Below, piece after piece: positions 39,650 to 53,277 of a stretch of 64,000 nucleotides of DNA; within the stretch, counting starts at the first letter, position 1; each line of letters begins with the position of its first letter. Made by a program: the position numbers and the translations under genes. Source of the DNA: Phaeosaccion multiseriatum (lineage: Eukaryota; Protista; Ochrophyta, other classes). The DNA lies in the NCBI GenBank assembly GCA_965112735.1, contig OZ218954.1, forward strand, positions 1,054,001-1,118,000. Reading direction: 5' to 3'. The notes beneath the pieces were generated by a model. That model did no database searches, was not told where the DNA came from, and was given only the letters and a program-made list of their open reading frames with translations.

Positions 39650-40105
39650 CTTCTTGGCTCCCGTTGGCCTAGACCAACCGTGTGTGTGTGTATGGTGTGG
39701 AGAGGGCTACAGCCATCTCCCCCCCGCCCCCCCGATGCTGCTCTCTGCTGCTTCTGCGGTGCTTCCTCAGCTGCTGTTGCGATCCTCTGATCCTCCAAGC
39801 CGCTGTGCCGTCCGACCCTTCGAAACCTCCCGTTGGCTTCAAGTATCCGGTGTGCAGCCTAAGGGAGGAGTAAACCGACGCCTTCTTCGCAGCAGCAGAT
39901 AGCAGACAGCAGCTTTCCTCCCCCGTCCGCCTTCTGTCTCTCTTGTCACCCTCCCTCACACACTTGGCCCCTTTCTTGATTTTCTCTCAAAGAAGGAGCT
40001 CAAACCGGCCCAGGCCTAAGCACTCCACAATTTCCAATTTCCGTTTCTTAGGTGATTCCAATTAAGTCAATGATAACATCACGCTCACTCTCACTCTGCT
40101 TGTTT
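39650..40105. promoter_or_regulatory. Probable bidirectional promoter between the 7TM and TFIIIC6-like genes
   Basis: 456-bp spacer between divergent ATGs. Inferred from gene geometry only. Confidence 0.45.
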
Positions 40106-41241
40106 ATGGCAGAGAAGCACCCTGCGCAGCCCGACATGGGTGATGTGCACTTCGATGCAGCCTCCGACGCGGCAGAGACGGCGGCGGCGGCAGCGGCGGC
40201 GGCTGCGGCGGCCACTCTACCGGATTTTTCGCTCCCTTTCTCCCCTCTCCTGGGCCTGTCTGGCCTACCGGCAACACCAGCGCCCGGGCTGCCCCTCTCG
40301 CTTACAGGAGCGGCGCCAGGAGCTGTACCAGCAGCATCACTAGAAGCAGTAGCACCAGCACCAGTAGCACCAGCAGCACCACCAACAGCAGCACCAGCAG
40401 CGTTGGAAGGCATGAACGTGGAGCGGGGGGGGGGTGATACCGGGACAGAGGAGGATGATGAGTACGAGGACGCTTATCTCCTCGTCAATCTCCCAACCGG
40501 GTAAGTACGACTGCGGCAAGGTCTTCATCCTAGGCTTCGTGTTGACGCACGCACCTCCCCCTTCCCCCCCCCCTAGCTTCTGCTCAACGCCTTGACTTAC
40601 CCACCCACAACTTCGCTCGTCCCTCATGTGTGTCCTCTTTCGTCCTCCTCTACGTCCATACCTTCTGGACACAGGGTGCACCTTTCACCCGGCTCCGGGG
40701 TGCAACTTCGGGTGAGTGAGAGGGAGAGTGTGAGAAAGGGAGAGAGAGGGGAGGGAGGAGTCATGGCGACAACAGAGAAGAGAAACGAGATGAGAATATT
40801 CCCTTGAAAATAAATTGGACTCTGTGCCTCGGTACAGGCAGAGCGATACGCCTGTCTTCAATTCAAATGCCTCTCCCTCACCCCCCTCCCCTCCACACAA
40901 CTCTCCTCGCCCACCCCGTTCCATACCCCGTCCCTCTCCTTCACCACCCCGTCCTCTCCCCTCTCCTCTCCCACCCCTTCCCCTCCCCACCCCCACCCCC
41001 CCCTCTCTCTCTCCGTCCTCTCCCTAGGAGCTCACTTCGAGCCGCCCAACGATGGCAGTGGATGGCGTGTCCTACGCGTGCACATGGGAGCCGTCTGTCG
41101 GCACCACCCTGGTCCTCCGAGAGACCACCCCCACTGATGCTGCCCATCCACTGCCATCCACCCCTGCCCAAGGCGGTGCGGGTAAGAATCACGTGCACGC
41201 CTCTCTCTCTGCGTATGTGTGTGGGTGTGGGTGTGGGTGTT

Positions 41242-41272
<31 letters not shown>

Positions 41273-41747
41273 TGTTCTCTACCTCCCCCCCTCCACCCCA
41301 CCGCTTCGGGCACGAACTCATTGACTTAGATAGGGATGCGTCTCACCATCCGGTGCAACCCTCTCCCCGTCCCAACCCCCACCATACCGCTGCCTTCACT
41401 GAACTACTGCACTCCTTTCCCCCTCTGTATCTCGATACCCAATGACGTGTGGCTATGGTACCCAATTACCTGTGGCAATGGGACTCCATTCTGCCTGTCG
41501 ACTCCCTTCTTTCTCCCCTCTCATCTCTCTGTACGCTCAAGACCCAACGTCCAGCACAGACAGCGCCAGTGCTGCCCGGCCTCCCCCTCCTCCTTCTCAG
41601 CAGGAGCAGCAGGGGAAGCAACAGCAGCAGCAGGAGGAGGAGCAGCAGCAGCAGCAGGGGAGGCAAACGTTCGCCTTCGAGTGTTTTGCCAACAACGCGC
41701 TCACGGTGGGCCAGGAACAAGGCCATTTGGCGGAGAACGGCGAGTAA
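40106..41747 (+). CDS. TFIIIC subunit 6 (triple-barrel domain, GTF3C6/Tfc7-like)
   Basis: Exons 40106-40500, 40675-40711, 41028-41181, 41542-41747. Acidic run EEDDEYED, then YLLVNLP..VQLRELTSSRPTMAVDGVSYACTWEPSVGTTLVL, which matches the TFIIIC_sub6 pattern (L-x-t-x-x-P-x-h-x-h-D..x-W/Y-E-x-x-h-GT-x-h-h-h). Confidence 0.62.
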
Positions 41748-43920
41748 TGGGGGGCAATGTCGATCTCGATATTGAATGTCGATCTCGATATTGAATGGGG
41801 CAAGATCGATATCGTATGACTTGGCCCTGAATCTGGATTAGGCAGGACGTTGGGTGTACGTCGTATCTTCGCCAACTCAGCAAGCTATCAACTCAGCCCA
41901 GACAGACAGACAGACAGACAGACAGACAGCCAGCCAGCCAGTCAGTCAGTCAGTCAGTCAGCCAGCGAGTAAGCCAATGCTCCGGCCAGCCAGCCAGCCA
42001 GCCAGTCAATCCTGGAGCTGGGGTTGAAGCATTTGACAGGACCAGATGGAGAGGAAGAGTTTAGCGAGCGAAGACTAGACCGCTCGCGTTATGTTGCCCT
42101 CGCACTGTGGTTGGGGCAGGGGCGAGTGGCTGTGTCACCAACGAACCACACCCGCCAGCACGGGGGTGGGAGGGAGGCGTGCATCTGCTGCCATCCCTTC
42201 GGTCGGCAGGTGAGGGGGCCGCAAAAACTGCCACAGTGTGCAGAAACTGCAACAACTGTCCCGGAAACCGCAACGCGGGCACCACAAACTCAACCTCTTC
42301 ACCTTTTTTGGCTGGCGGCCCGCGGGGTCGGTACGTACCAAGGGAGGAACCCTGCAAACAATCAACGCCAACCAAACGCCATCACCACACCACCACTACG
42401 CCACAACGCCACGCGTCAGCACCACGTCGCACGCACTTTGCGCGCCCAAGACGGGACCCCTCCGGCACCGATGGCAGTAAAAGGGCAAGACACCCCACAT
42501 ACCTCCATATGCCTCTATATGCCTCCTCCCCATTAGAAGGTGAGGGCAAGGAGTGTCATCAGTAAGGCTGATAGTCAAGAGATGATCACAGAGGCGTATG
42601 GGCAGATAATCAGGGGTACATGGGCAGGGCTGCCTCGTACGTGGTGTGGTGCCCCTCGCTGTACTGTGGAAGAGGTACGAGAGGGCCCACTATATATATA
42701 CATAAAAAATATGTATATATATATATATTACATGTAATTATTGGGTGAGGTACGAGAGGGCCCACCAAAGCCAAGCCCCCCAAAAAGCCACAAGCGGTGG
42801 TCTGAAGGATGGCTCTTGACGGCCTGACGTATTGATTGGCTTAGGAATCAACCGAAGACTTACGTAAGGGAGGGCAGGGTATAGGGTGGGCAGTTACATG
42901 TAGCGGTGGTGATACAGAGCAGGGCAGGCCAGGCCAGGGCAGAGCAAGGCAGTTGGTGGTACGTGGCAGGGTAGAGGGGCGGTACGATTCACATCTGCAG
43001 AGCCCGTACATACTCTTCCATGTGAAAGTAAAAAATGAATAACAGATTTTTTTCCGAGAGTAAACACACCTCAGGAGGTGCACACATGTATGTCCACTCC
43101 CTCCTCCTAGGATGGATGATGCATTGGACATTGGCCGTTGGCCATGCCCCCCCTTCTCTCCCTTCTCTTGTGCGGTTGCTCTCAGGCACACACTCCAACA
43201 GCCGAGTCCCTCTTGGAACGGGGGACCGGAGACCTTGTCCTTGGCTTCGTAATGTACTGTAAGTAGTATACTAGTCCTTTTTTGTTTTCTCATCTACCCT
43301 ATTTTTGTTTTACGGAAGAACTTAGTACTTCGAGAGCACAAAGAGCCACTGAAGAAGAACAACAAAATCATAAAAAACAATAAGAATAGCAAAATAATAC
43401 TAAGAAGTAGTAATAGTAGTAGTAGCTGTCACCAAAGGAAGGGAAGAGAAGCCTCACAGGACGGCGACGGCGACACGTATGCCCACAATATGTGGGATGG
43501 ACGGACGGTAGTGTGAAAAACTAAAACTAAAACTAACTTTCAAGTCGGGCCTTACCCACTAACTCACGTCATCAATCAGCAGTCAATCAGCAGTCAATCA
43601 GCAGTCAGGCGAAAGGAAGGAACAAGTCCAAGTCCCAACAGAAAAGGAAAAAGAAACGATAAAAGTGCGCCTCGGAAGGACAGATTGGATGGGTGGATGG
43701 GTGGATGGAACACCTCAAACTCCGACAGGGAAGCTGGGAGATGCAAGCCGCCCTCCCCCACCCCGCACACACACACACACTGTCCCACTGTTTGTGTCGT
43801 AAGAGACATCTCTACGCATATATACCTCTATACCTCTACTTGTCTATAGCTAAAATTCTCTCTCCCTTTTATAATACGTAGTACTACGGAAGTACCATTG
43901 TGTCGTAGCAAACTCTTGCT

Positions 43921-46900
43921 CTACGGAGATGAAGATTCCTCCGTCGTCGTCGCCAATTTCCTCACTGTACCACTAACTGCTGCCCCTGACGCGGCGAGTG
44001 TCTTGGCGTGCTTGTGCAGTGCGTTGAAGCCCTCCACCATGTCGTGCATCTCCTCAGGGCTCGTCATCGTCAGGTCCAGGCTGTGGGTGTCAGGACAGAC
44101 GGTGGGTGGGTGTCAGGACAGACGGTGGGTGGGTGTCAGGACAGAGGGTGGGTGGGTGGGTGTCAGGACAGAGGGTGGGTGGATGGGTGTCAGGACAGAG
44201 GGTGGGTGGGTGGTGTCAGGACTGAGGGTGGGTGGATGGTGTCAGGACGGAGGGTGGGTGGGTGGGTGGGTGTCAGCACTGAGGGTGGGTGGGGTGGACT
44301 CTGAGTACGAATGTTAAGCAAGGCCTACCCTTCCCCAACAGACTTTACCCTATCCCCAAAAAGGACATTTCCACACCCCTCCCTACACCTCCTGATTGGA
44401 CAGTCAGTTTCAGTTTGGGTTTTGGATACTTGAAATCAACCTAAAGCATCCACCTCAAACTCAAAGTCAACAAACCCAAACCCACCTGCGATCGGCGAAG
44501 ACAAGGCAGAGACTCCGATTGAGGGCATCATGACACACCTCCCTCAGGCTTTCAGTGCCCAACAGGCCCGGAGAGGTGGGATCCGGGGAGTCGCCAGCCT
44601 GTAAGTGGTGTGTGTATGTGTGTGTGTGCCGGAGCGGAGGGATACAATCAAATCAATCAAAACAGAATCCATCAGCATGTAAGAGTAGTACGACATTCCA
44701 AAAGTCTTGTGCCACTTGAGCTAGAAAGAGATCGGCGCGACAGAGGACAGTCCAAGGGCATACCTCTCTGTCTGTGCCTCCCTCCCTCCCTCCCTCCCTC
44801 CCTCACCTCCCTCCCTCCCTCCCTCCCTCCCTCCCTCCCTCCCTCCCTCCCTCCCTCCCTCCCTCCCTCCCTCCCTCCCTCCCTCCCTCCCTCCCTCCCT
44901 CCCTCCCTCCCTCCCTCCCTCCCTCCCTCCCTCCCTCCCTCCCTCCCTCCCTCCCTCCCTCCCTCCCTCCCTCCCTCCCTCCCTCCCTCCCTCCCTCCCC
45001 CACCGTACCTGTACTCTCAGGAGGCTGGTGACGGGCAGCACCTCTCGCTGCTTCTTGACGAACTTGCTGAAGCTTCCGCTCCTCTTATGACTCGGGGTGC
45101 GACTCTTGGGGTCTCTCCACGCGATGGATTGCAGCTCCTGGCAGCAGCAACAGCAGTTGGTGATACAGCAACAGCAGGAGGAGGAGGAGGAGGAGGAGGG
45201 GGGGGAGGAGGAGGAGGAGGAAGAGGAGGAGGAGGAGGAGGAGGAGGAGTAGGAGTAGGAGGAGGAGGAGGAGGAGGAGGAGTAGGAGGAGGAGGAGGAG
45301 GAGGAGGAGGAGGAGGAGGAGCAGGAAGAGGAGGGTGCAATAATAGATAAGGTTGGAGAGAGTGAGAGGGTGAGTGACTGACTGACTGCCCACCCCCTTC
45401 CCCGTCCCTCCGTTCCCCTCCCTCCTTCCCTCCCTCCTTCCCTCCCTCCTTCCCTCCCTCACTCCCTATCTCTGTCCCTCCGTCCCTCCCTCCCTCCCTC
45501 CCTCCCTCACCTCATCGAAGTACAACACCCTGGACGCAGCCACCCCCTTGGTAGAATACTTGAGCACCATCACTCCCTTGTCCATCTTCTCCACAAAGGA
45601 AGCCGAGTGAGATGCGACGTCCGTCCCCGCAGGAATGTCGATGGAGAGCCCCCCGCTCCCAAAGAAGGAGGAGGAACCACTCATGGACCTTGGTGTCGGG
45701 ACCGCGCTGCTGCTGGCGCTGCTCGGTGTCAATCCTCCACCTCTACTACTGCCGCTCCTGCTGTGGCGTGGAGTCCCTCCTCTGCTGCTGCTGCCGAGCG
45801 AGATGAGGCTGGAACCGAAGCTTTTGATGCCGCCTGTGCCACTGCTGAAACTCGCCTTGCTGCTTTTGCTGCCCGAGCGTAAGTGATGTCGTTGTGACGG
45901 GCTGATGAAGCCGGGAGAGGCTGGATGACCGCTGTTGTCGCCATGGCTGCGCTCCGAGTGAATAGAAGAAGACGCGGAAGAAAGAGGAAGAGGAGGAGGA
46001 GGACGAGGACGAGGCATGGCTGCACTGTCAACGGCCTGTCCGCTGCCATCATTCTTGTGTTTCTTGTTTGCCGCTGCTGCTGCTGCTGCTGCTGTATCAC
46101 CAACTGCTAAAGCCCTTCTACTGCCGGTGCCAGACGGGGTGGAGGCGGACGAGGAGGGGAGGGCGCGAGGTCCGGGACTCAGACTGCCATCGCTGCTGCC
46201 GTTGCTGCCGGTGCTGCTACTGTTGGTGGTACGGCCACCTGTGACGGTGCTGCCAGTTGTGCCTCTGCCATCTGTAACCTTTCTGCTGCCGTTGTTGGTG
46301 GCCCTGTGGCCACCGCTACCGCCGCTGCTTCTCGTGCGCAGGGGAGTCACCGCTGCAGCAGCAGCAGCGGCAGCCGTAGTAGTTGGTGATACAGCGGCCG
46401 AGGAGAGGGCGACAGAAGCTGCGGTGGAGGCTGGAGATGGGGAGGGCTGGCAGGCGGCGAAGTCAACAGCCGTCAACGAGAGGTCAGTTGTGTCATCGTC
46501 GTCGTCGCCATTTGTGGCTGAAGGCGAAGCACCACCATGGCCGCTACTAGTACCCGTGTAGACGGACAGCCTTCCGCCACTCTCCAGGGGGGGGGTATAG
46601 TCAGTCACCACACTGGAGACAAGAGCGGTATACGGGTATGGGGGAGAGGGGCATGGGATGCATTAGCGCGGAAAGGGGGGTTGCTAGGGAGACAGAAGGC
46701 TCAAGTCAAGGAAGGCCTTCCGTAACCGCCTTCCGTAACCGCCTCAACCTCCCCTCTCCCCACCCAAACTCAAGCTTCTCACCCACTGCTTCCCTCTCTC
46801 CCTGAGCCACTCACCTGCCCCTTGCCTTGGCGGCAATGTCAGAGTACCGCTTCAGCAGTGCTCGGAACCCTTCCACGAATTGATGCATCTCCGCAGGGGA

Positions 46901-49900
46901 GGTACACGTCAGCTCCAAGCTGTGAATGTGTGTGTGTGCGTGCGTGCGCGCGCGTGTGTGTGTGTGTGTGTGTGTGTGAGTGTGTGTATGTGTACAAACG
47001 AGTCAGTGCATTCGCAATGAGCAGACTTTACTAGAGGATCCGTGTCTCCCTCTAACTTTTCCCCTCCCTCCCTCCCTCCCTCACCTCCTGTCGGTGAAGA
47101 GCAAGGACAGGCTGCGGTCCAGGGTGTCAGGACACTTGTCTCGAAGTGTTTGGGTCCCTCTCTGCCCCGGATGCCCAAAGTCCTCCTCATCACCCCCCTT
47201 GACGCTGGGGGGTTGCACAAAAGAAAGGAAGGAAGGAAGGAAGGGTGCATTGCGTGTGACAAGGGGGATGGAAAAGGAGAGAAGAGAGGGGCGCATAGAG
47301 GGAGGGAGGGGGGGATGGAGGGAGGTGGAAAGGTAAGGGGGAGAGGGAGTAAGGAAGGAAGGAAGGAAGGAAGGATGGAAGAAAGGAAGGAAGAAAGGGA
47401 GGAAGGAAGGGAGGAAGGAAGGAAGGAAGGAAGGAAGGAATGAGGGAGGGAGGGGGTAAGGGAGACCGCGGGAGGGAGGGACACCACAGAACAATACGTG
47501 GGTGAGGTTCTGTCCCAATCTTTCTCCCCCCTTCATTGCCTCTCCCTGTTTCGCCCCTCCCTCCCTTTCTCTCTCCCTCTCCCTTTGTCTCCCTCTCTCT
47601 CTGCGCCCCTCCCTCTCCCTCGTTCTCTCTCCCTCCCCCCTCCCCCCCCCCATCTCTCCACAGCCACAAACGTACCTCACAAGCGTATCAATGTGCAGCA
47701 ATTCCCTCTGACCCTTGACAAAAGTGGAGAAGCTTCCCGACCTCCGGTGTGTATTGCCCTTCTTCGACTTGGGGTCCCGCCATCCAATCGACCTAGCAGA
47801 CTCGCTAAAGAAAAGCACCCGCAGCTTTCCTCCTTTGTCACTCCCACTGCTGTTGGTGGTACTGCTGCCATCTGTACCCTTGCTGCTGCTGCTGTTGGTA
47901 CTGTGTGGGTGTTTGTGAACAAGCACACCCTTGTCCATCTTCTCAGCGAAAGATGCCTTGTGCTCGGCGATGCCTAGCTCTGCGGGAGTGGGTGCCTGTA
48001 TGTGGAGTAGGGTTTTTTTTTAGGCGGAGAGCGAGGAGGAGGAGGAGGTGGTGGAGGAGGAGAAGGAGGAGGAGGAGGAGGAGGAGGAGGAGGAGGAGGA
48101 GGAGGAGGAGGTTTGTCAGCAGGTACATACGTTAGGGGTGGTGCTACAGGGGGAGGGGGAAGATGAGGAGGATGACGCGCACACACACACTCACAAGAAA
48201 AATACATACGCACATAAGCACACACACAGGTACTCACACTCACATACTCACACATATATATATATATATATATAAACACATAGACACGCGCACACATACG
48301 CATACGCATACACACAAACTCACTCACACATATACAACACTCCTCTCCCCCCTCCCCCCCCCCACACACACACAACACATAACTACACACACGTACCTTC
48401 CTCTGCCTCACGGGTGACGTGAGTGTCTGCAGCAAGGCGCTGCCAGTGCGCGACCCCATCCTCTTCAGACCGCCTCCTACCCCCCGGGGTGAGGCTGGAG
48501 TGGAGGTACTAATGGAAAGAGAATGAGAAGAAGAAGAATGAGAAGAAGAGGAGCCGAAGGATGTCCCCCGACTTGCGGAGACAGCCGCAGTCAATTCAGC
48601 ATCCAGATCCTCTCCTTCTGCTCCTCCTCCTCCTCCTTCTTCTTCTTCTCCTCCTCCTCCTCCTCCTCCAGCAGCCGCAGTCGCAGCTGACATGTCCGAG
48701 TCTCCTCCACGTGTGCTCCTTCTCCTACTGCTTCGAGGGGTGACATAGCCCGAAGACTGCTGCCGCTGCTGCTGCTGGTCAGGAGGAAGAAGGGCAGCAG
48801 TTGGTGATACAGCAGCAGCGCTGATATCGCCACTTGTGCTGGCGGCAGATGTGCTGACTTGGATAGTGAGGTGAGTGGTGCCTCTTGGACTGCCGCCAGG
48901 GCCTGACGGGCTCTTGCTCCGGATGCGTCGCTTGAGGCGTGGGCTCCGGGCAGCAGCACCCTCAGCAGTTGATGATACAGATGAGCTCTTGCTCCGCGCG
49001 GTGATGGCCTGTTGTCCGCTGTTGTTGTCGCTGCTGCTGCTGATGCTCGCCTGTGCCTCCTTGGCCGTTGGTGGTGCGGCAGTTGGTGATGATGATGCGG
49101 CAGTTGGTGATACAGCAGCAGCTCCTGCGCCACCTGTCGACGGCCGCCTCTTACTGGCAGGAGACTCTGCATTCTTCTTACGGGTCGGGAGGGGAGAAGA
49201 AGCAGCAGAAGCAGCAGGAGAAGAGCAGGGAGATATTGCTCTTCCTCGTCCTCCTGCTGCTGCTGGTGAGCTACCTTCCGCGGGCAGCAAGGAGGAGGAA
49301 GGGGAGGGGGAGGGGGAGGGCAAGGGGGAGGGCAAGGCCGGCGGCTCCTCCCCCTCTAACTCCTTCTCTTCCTTCAGCGACCCATCCTCGTTGTACATTG
49401 CCTTCCGCCTCATCTTCATTCGGAAAGGACGGGTGGTGGTGTTGACCCTTGCCAGTACCCCCGCGAAGGATGGGTCGAGGTGTGGGCCCACTGCGAGCAC
49501 TCGGTCCCCGACTTGTACTCCGGCCTTTTCGCCTGGTCCGCCAGCTGTGACTCGGTTCACCTGTTGGTTTTGTACGCAGTGATGTGGTGTTTGTGCAAGG
49601 GGGGGCAGCGGTGTGGGTAGAGAGGGGTGGGAGGGAGGCATTGGAGCTCTGAGGGAGGAAGAGGGAGAGAGACAGAGAAACAGAGAGGTAGAAAGAGAGA
49701 GGTGGAGAAGGGGAGAGCGAGAGAAAGAGACGGAGAGGACTGCAGAGATGGAGAGAAGCCTACCCACCCACTCACCCTCTTGTCCTGACACCCACCCACC
49801 CTCTGTCCTGACACCCACCCACCCTCTGTCCTGACACCCACCCACCCACCCTTTGTCCTGACACCCAGCCACCCTCTGTCCTGACACCCACCCACCCCAC

Positions 49901-50832
49901 CCTCTGTCCTGACACCCACCTGCGCGTTCCTCTTGCCATCCATGGCCATGGTAAACCCTAGAGCCCCCTCCGGCGCTACTTGAATCTTGTACTCCCACCT
50001 TCCACAAGGGCCGCTGGTGCTTCCCCTCCGGCCAATGCCACCGCTGCCACTGCTCCGGCGACGGCCATTGACGCCTCCACTGCCTCCTCCTCCTCCTCCT
50101 CCTCCTCCTCCTCCTCCTCCTCCTCCTCCTGCTGCTGCTGCTGCTCCACTGCTGCCACTCCCTCGGCGCTGTGAATTGGGTGAAGGTGCAGGCGAAGACA
50201 CAGGCGTGTTGTCTGCTGCTGCTATGCTGCTGCCGCCTGAGGAGGAGCGACCACTCTTCTTCCTGGTGAGCCGTTTCAGAAAATAGCCTCCTCCGCCGCC
50301 GCTGCTCTGCTGCTGGGGGGAGGAAGTCGCAAGGGGTGCCGCTTCGTCCGCTGAGCACGGGCAGGTGGTGGTGGTGGTGGTGGTGGTGGTGGAGGAGGAG
50401 GAGGAGGAGGAGGAGGAGGAGGAGGAGGAGCAGCAGCAGCAGCGGCAGCAGCAGGAGGAGGAGGAGAAGCGGTTCAATGTTTAGCACAAGACCTGCTGGA
50501 CCAATATCGATGACATCGATATACGATATCGAGAGGCGAAGGTCGCACAAGTACTCCAACTCGTACCTCCTGGACCTTGGACCTCCGCTGAAGTCAGTGA
50601 TGACGTTACATGAGCGGACCGCGCTTTGGGCGAGGGAGGGGTTGGTTTGGGGGGTGGCGGCGGGGAAGGAGATAGGGCAAGGGGCTGAGTTGGTGTTCCG
50701 TCGGCCACAGATGGCGACGCGCTGTCTCCATCTCTGTCTCCTAGGGAGGGAGAGGCTGACCTCGATCCGGGTTTGCGTCCGGGGGAGAGCAGTCGCTTGA
50801 GGCGGAGGGAGCTGTGTCGGTACAAGTGTGTG

Positions 50833-50870
<38 letters not shown>

Positions 50871-52073
50871 CATGTGTGTGTGTGCGTGTGTGTGTGTGTG
50901 GGTACATGTGTGCGTGTAAGAATAGAGGCACGGCGGGGGGCGAGAGGATAGGAGGGAGGGAGAGAGGGAAGGGAAAGAGAGAGAGTGAGAGAGAGGGAGA
51001 GAGGGGGAGGGAGGGAAAGAGAAAGAGAAAAAGAGGGAGGGAGGGAAAGAGAGAGACAAGAGGGAGGGGGGGAAAGAGAGAGAGAGACAAGAGGGAGGGA
51101 GGGAAAGAGAGCAGATAGAGAGGCTAGTTTCCAGGGGCGGGGGAGGAACGAAGAGGTGGGACCTTCACCGCTTACTTGCCCGATGGAGGCTCAGAACTTA
51201 CTTGTTGCTTTTGTCTGCTGCCGCTGCTGCCGCGGCTCCTGCTTGTGCTGTTTGAGCCGCTTGCGGTGACGCCTGAACTCCTGCAGGAAGAACCAGCTCA
51301 GAGACTTCCTTCTCCCCCTGGTCCCCCTCCCCATCCGCATCATCGCCATCGCTGCTACCGCTGTCGCCGCTTCCCTCACTACCGCTGCTGCTGCCATCTT
51401 CCTCATCATCGTCTACATCTCGACCTTGTGAGCAAGCGGCGGCGGCAGCGGCGGCAGCTGCCACAAACGAAAAGGGCTTGGCCTGCAGGCGCCCCGAGAC
51501 ACTGTCCGCGCTATTGGGCTCCGTGGGGGTCGGGCTCGAGCTGCGACTACCCGTGCCACCCGCCGCCGCTGCAGCAGCAGTCGAGCGCTTGCTCTTGCCT
51601 TTCTTTGAATGCTTCTTCTCCTTCTTCTGCTAGGCCGAGACGGGCAAAGGCAATAGGAGTGGGAGGTTGGGGCGGTATTTGCTGTGAGAGAGCGAGAGAG
51701 GGAGAAGCGAGAGAGGTAGAGAGACGCCGGTGCGCCCTACTCAATATCCAATTCCCCCCCCTCTTCTTCCCATCTCTCGGAACACACCCACCTGCTCTTC
51801 TGCAGCCCGCTTCAGCCTCTCCCTTCGCCGCCCTCGGCAGAAACTGAGCAGAAGAAGGGCCGCTAGCAGCACGAGGACCACCACCGAGACTGCGACTTGG
51901 GTCTCGAGCGTGCGAAGCGCATCCTTGGCTTGCCACCTGTCCTTTACGCCCTGCACAAGGCGCTTGGAGGTTCTTAAGACAGCATCCTTTGTCTTTTGCC
52001 ACTTGGTCAGTGGAACGACAGCCTTGTTCTTGTTGCTCTTGCGGCGAGAAAGCCTCATCTTGATCGCTCCCAT
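43921..52073 (-). CDS. Membrane-anchored PDZ + tandem PH-domain protein
   Basis: 12 phase-consistent exons: 52073-51792, 51629-51202, 50811-50567, 50350-49920, 49560-48397, 47995-47676, 47204-47085, 46919-46815, 46612-45511, 45137-45009, 44598-44486, 44080-43921 (TAG). TM segment VAVSVVVLVLLAALLLLSF; PDZ EGALGFTM..VNRV..GEKAGVQVGDRVLAV; two paralogous PH units (SF.EKMDKGV...WRDPKS...RSL.L.F.DR.L.LT.TSP.EMH..VEGF.AL). Confidence 0.78.
44081..44290 (-). repeat. TCTGTCCTGACACCC array forming the 3' end and acceptor of the last PDZ-PH intron
   Basis: The minus strand reads ..TCTGTCCTGACACCCACAG|exon. Confidence 0.9.
49773..49919 (-). repeat. GGGTGTCAGGACAGAGG array forming the donor and 5' end of a PDZ-PH intron
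   Basis: The minus strand reads exon|GTGGGTGTCAGGACAGAGGG.. Confidence 0.9.
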
Positions 52074-53028
52074 CTTATCTCTCTTCTGTTTTCTTTCCCT
52101 TTTTCTTTTTCTTTCTTCTTCTTCTGCTTCTTCTTCTTCTTCTTCTCTCTCTATGTCGTCGCTCTCTCTCTCTCTTTCTGATCACCGAAACTTCATGGCA
52201 CGACCTCTACCACACGCGTAAGGCCCCCAACGTCCACAACAGCTGGGTTGTCCACGGTTCCCGTCTCTCTCTCTCTTTCTCTTCATAAGCTCAAACTGGA
52301 CTCCTGTAACAGACAAAACGAGGATCCCGAGGGGGCCCAGCCTTGTCTTACCAGGCTGGCACTCAATTTTTTACAGGGAAGGTGGCACCACCTTCGCTTT
52401 TTCTTCCCGATGATGCAGTAGAGGGAGAGGGGGGGGAGAGAGGGGCTTGCCGAGAGGGCAGCGAGAGCTCCAAGGCCTGCCATCTGCAGCGAAGGAGCCC
52501 GGAGCGGGATTTCGAAAGAATTGGTGACATCACACTAGCAGATCCAAGCGCCCGAGAAGAAAGAGGGAAGGAAAGGGGAAGCAGCGAGGGGAAAAGCGGT
52601 TTGCCGACCCTATCCGCGAGAGCTCGTACACCCTACCACTCGTACCCAGACTGAGTTCGGGTGTGGTGGCGCTGTTGAGAGGTAAGCGTGACAGAGCTGG
52701 ACACCACGGCGGAGAGACCTCGGTACCTTTACGACCCGACGCCCCACAGCTGCCATTCTGGGCGCCACCACACCTGTATATGCATAGTGCATCCACCTAT
52801 GTCCCGGCTTAGGCTTATTCTCGCTCAGACGAGGGAGCCTTCTGTCTCCCAGCACTATTCGGCTCTAACTTCCCCTGCCGTCCCCTGACACAACCCACAT
52901 CCCTCGCCTCCCTCCACCCCCTCCCTTACTCCCCACCCTGCCCTCTCACACACCATTCTCATGGTAATGTCGCCCATCCCCTTCACCTGTGCGCACTCAC
53001 ACTCGTGCGGCAGGCGCGCTCGGGGGCA

Positions 53029-53243
53029 ATGGAGCCCCCGGCTGACGAGTGGGGGCTGAGCGAGAGCATTGGCGAGAGCGACGGATTTGGGGACCTTCGC
53101 CTGACCACCCCGTCCCCACGGGGCGCCAACAGCAGTAGGCTTTCTTCTTCGTCCTTGTCCCTCTCTTCGTCGTCTACTCTCTCTCTCTGCTCCTCCTCCC
53201 TCACCCCTTCCCCCGAGGGGCTAGGACCACCCGGAAGAGCAAA

Positions 53244-53277
<34 letters not shown>

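Noticed and set aside
47974-51090. 1038-aa single-exon ORF
   Set aside because: Only 49560-48397 is real exon in this frame; the rest reads through introns or out-of-frame exons.
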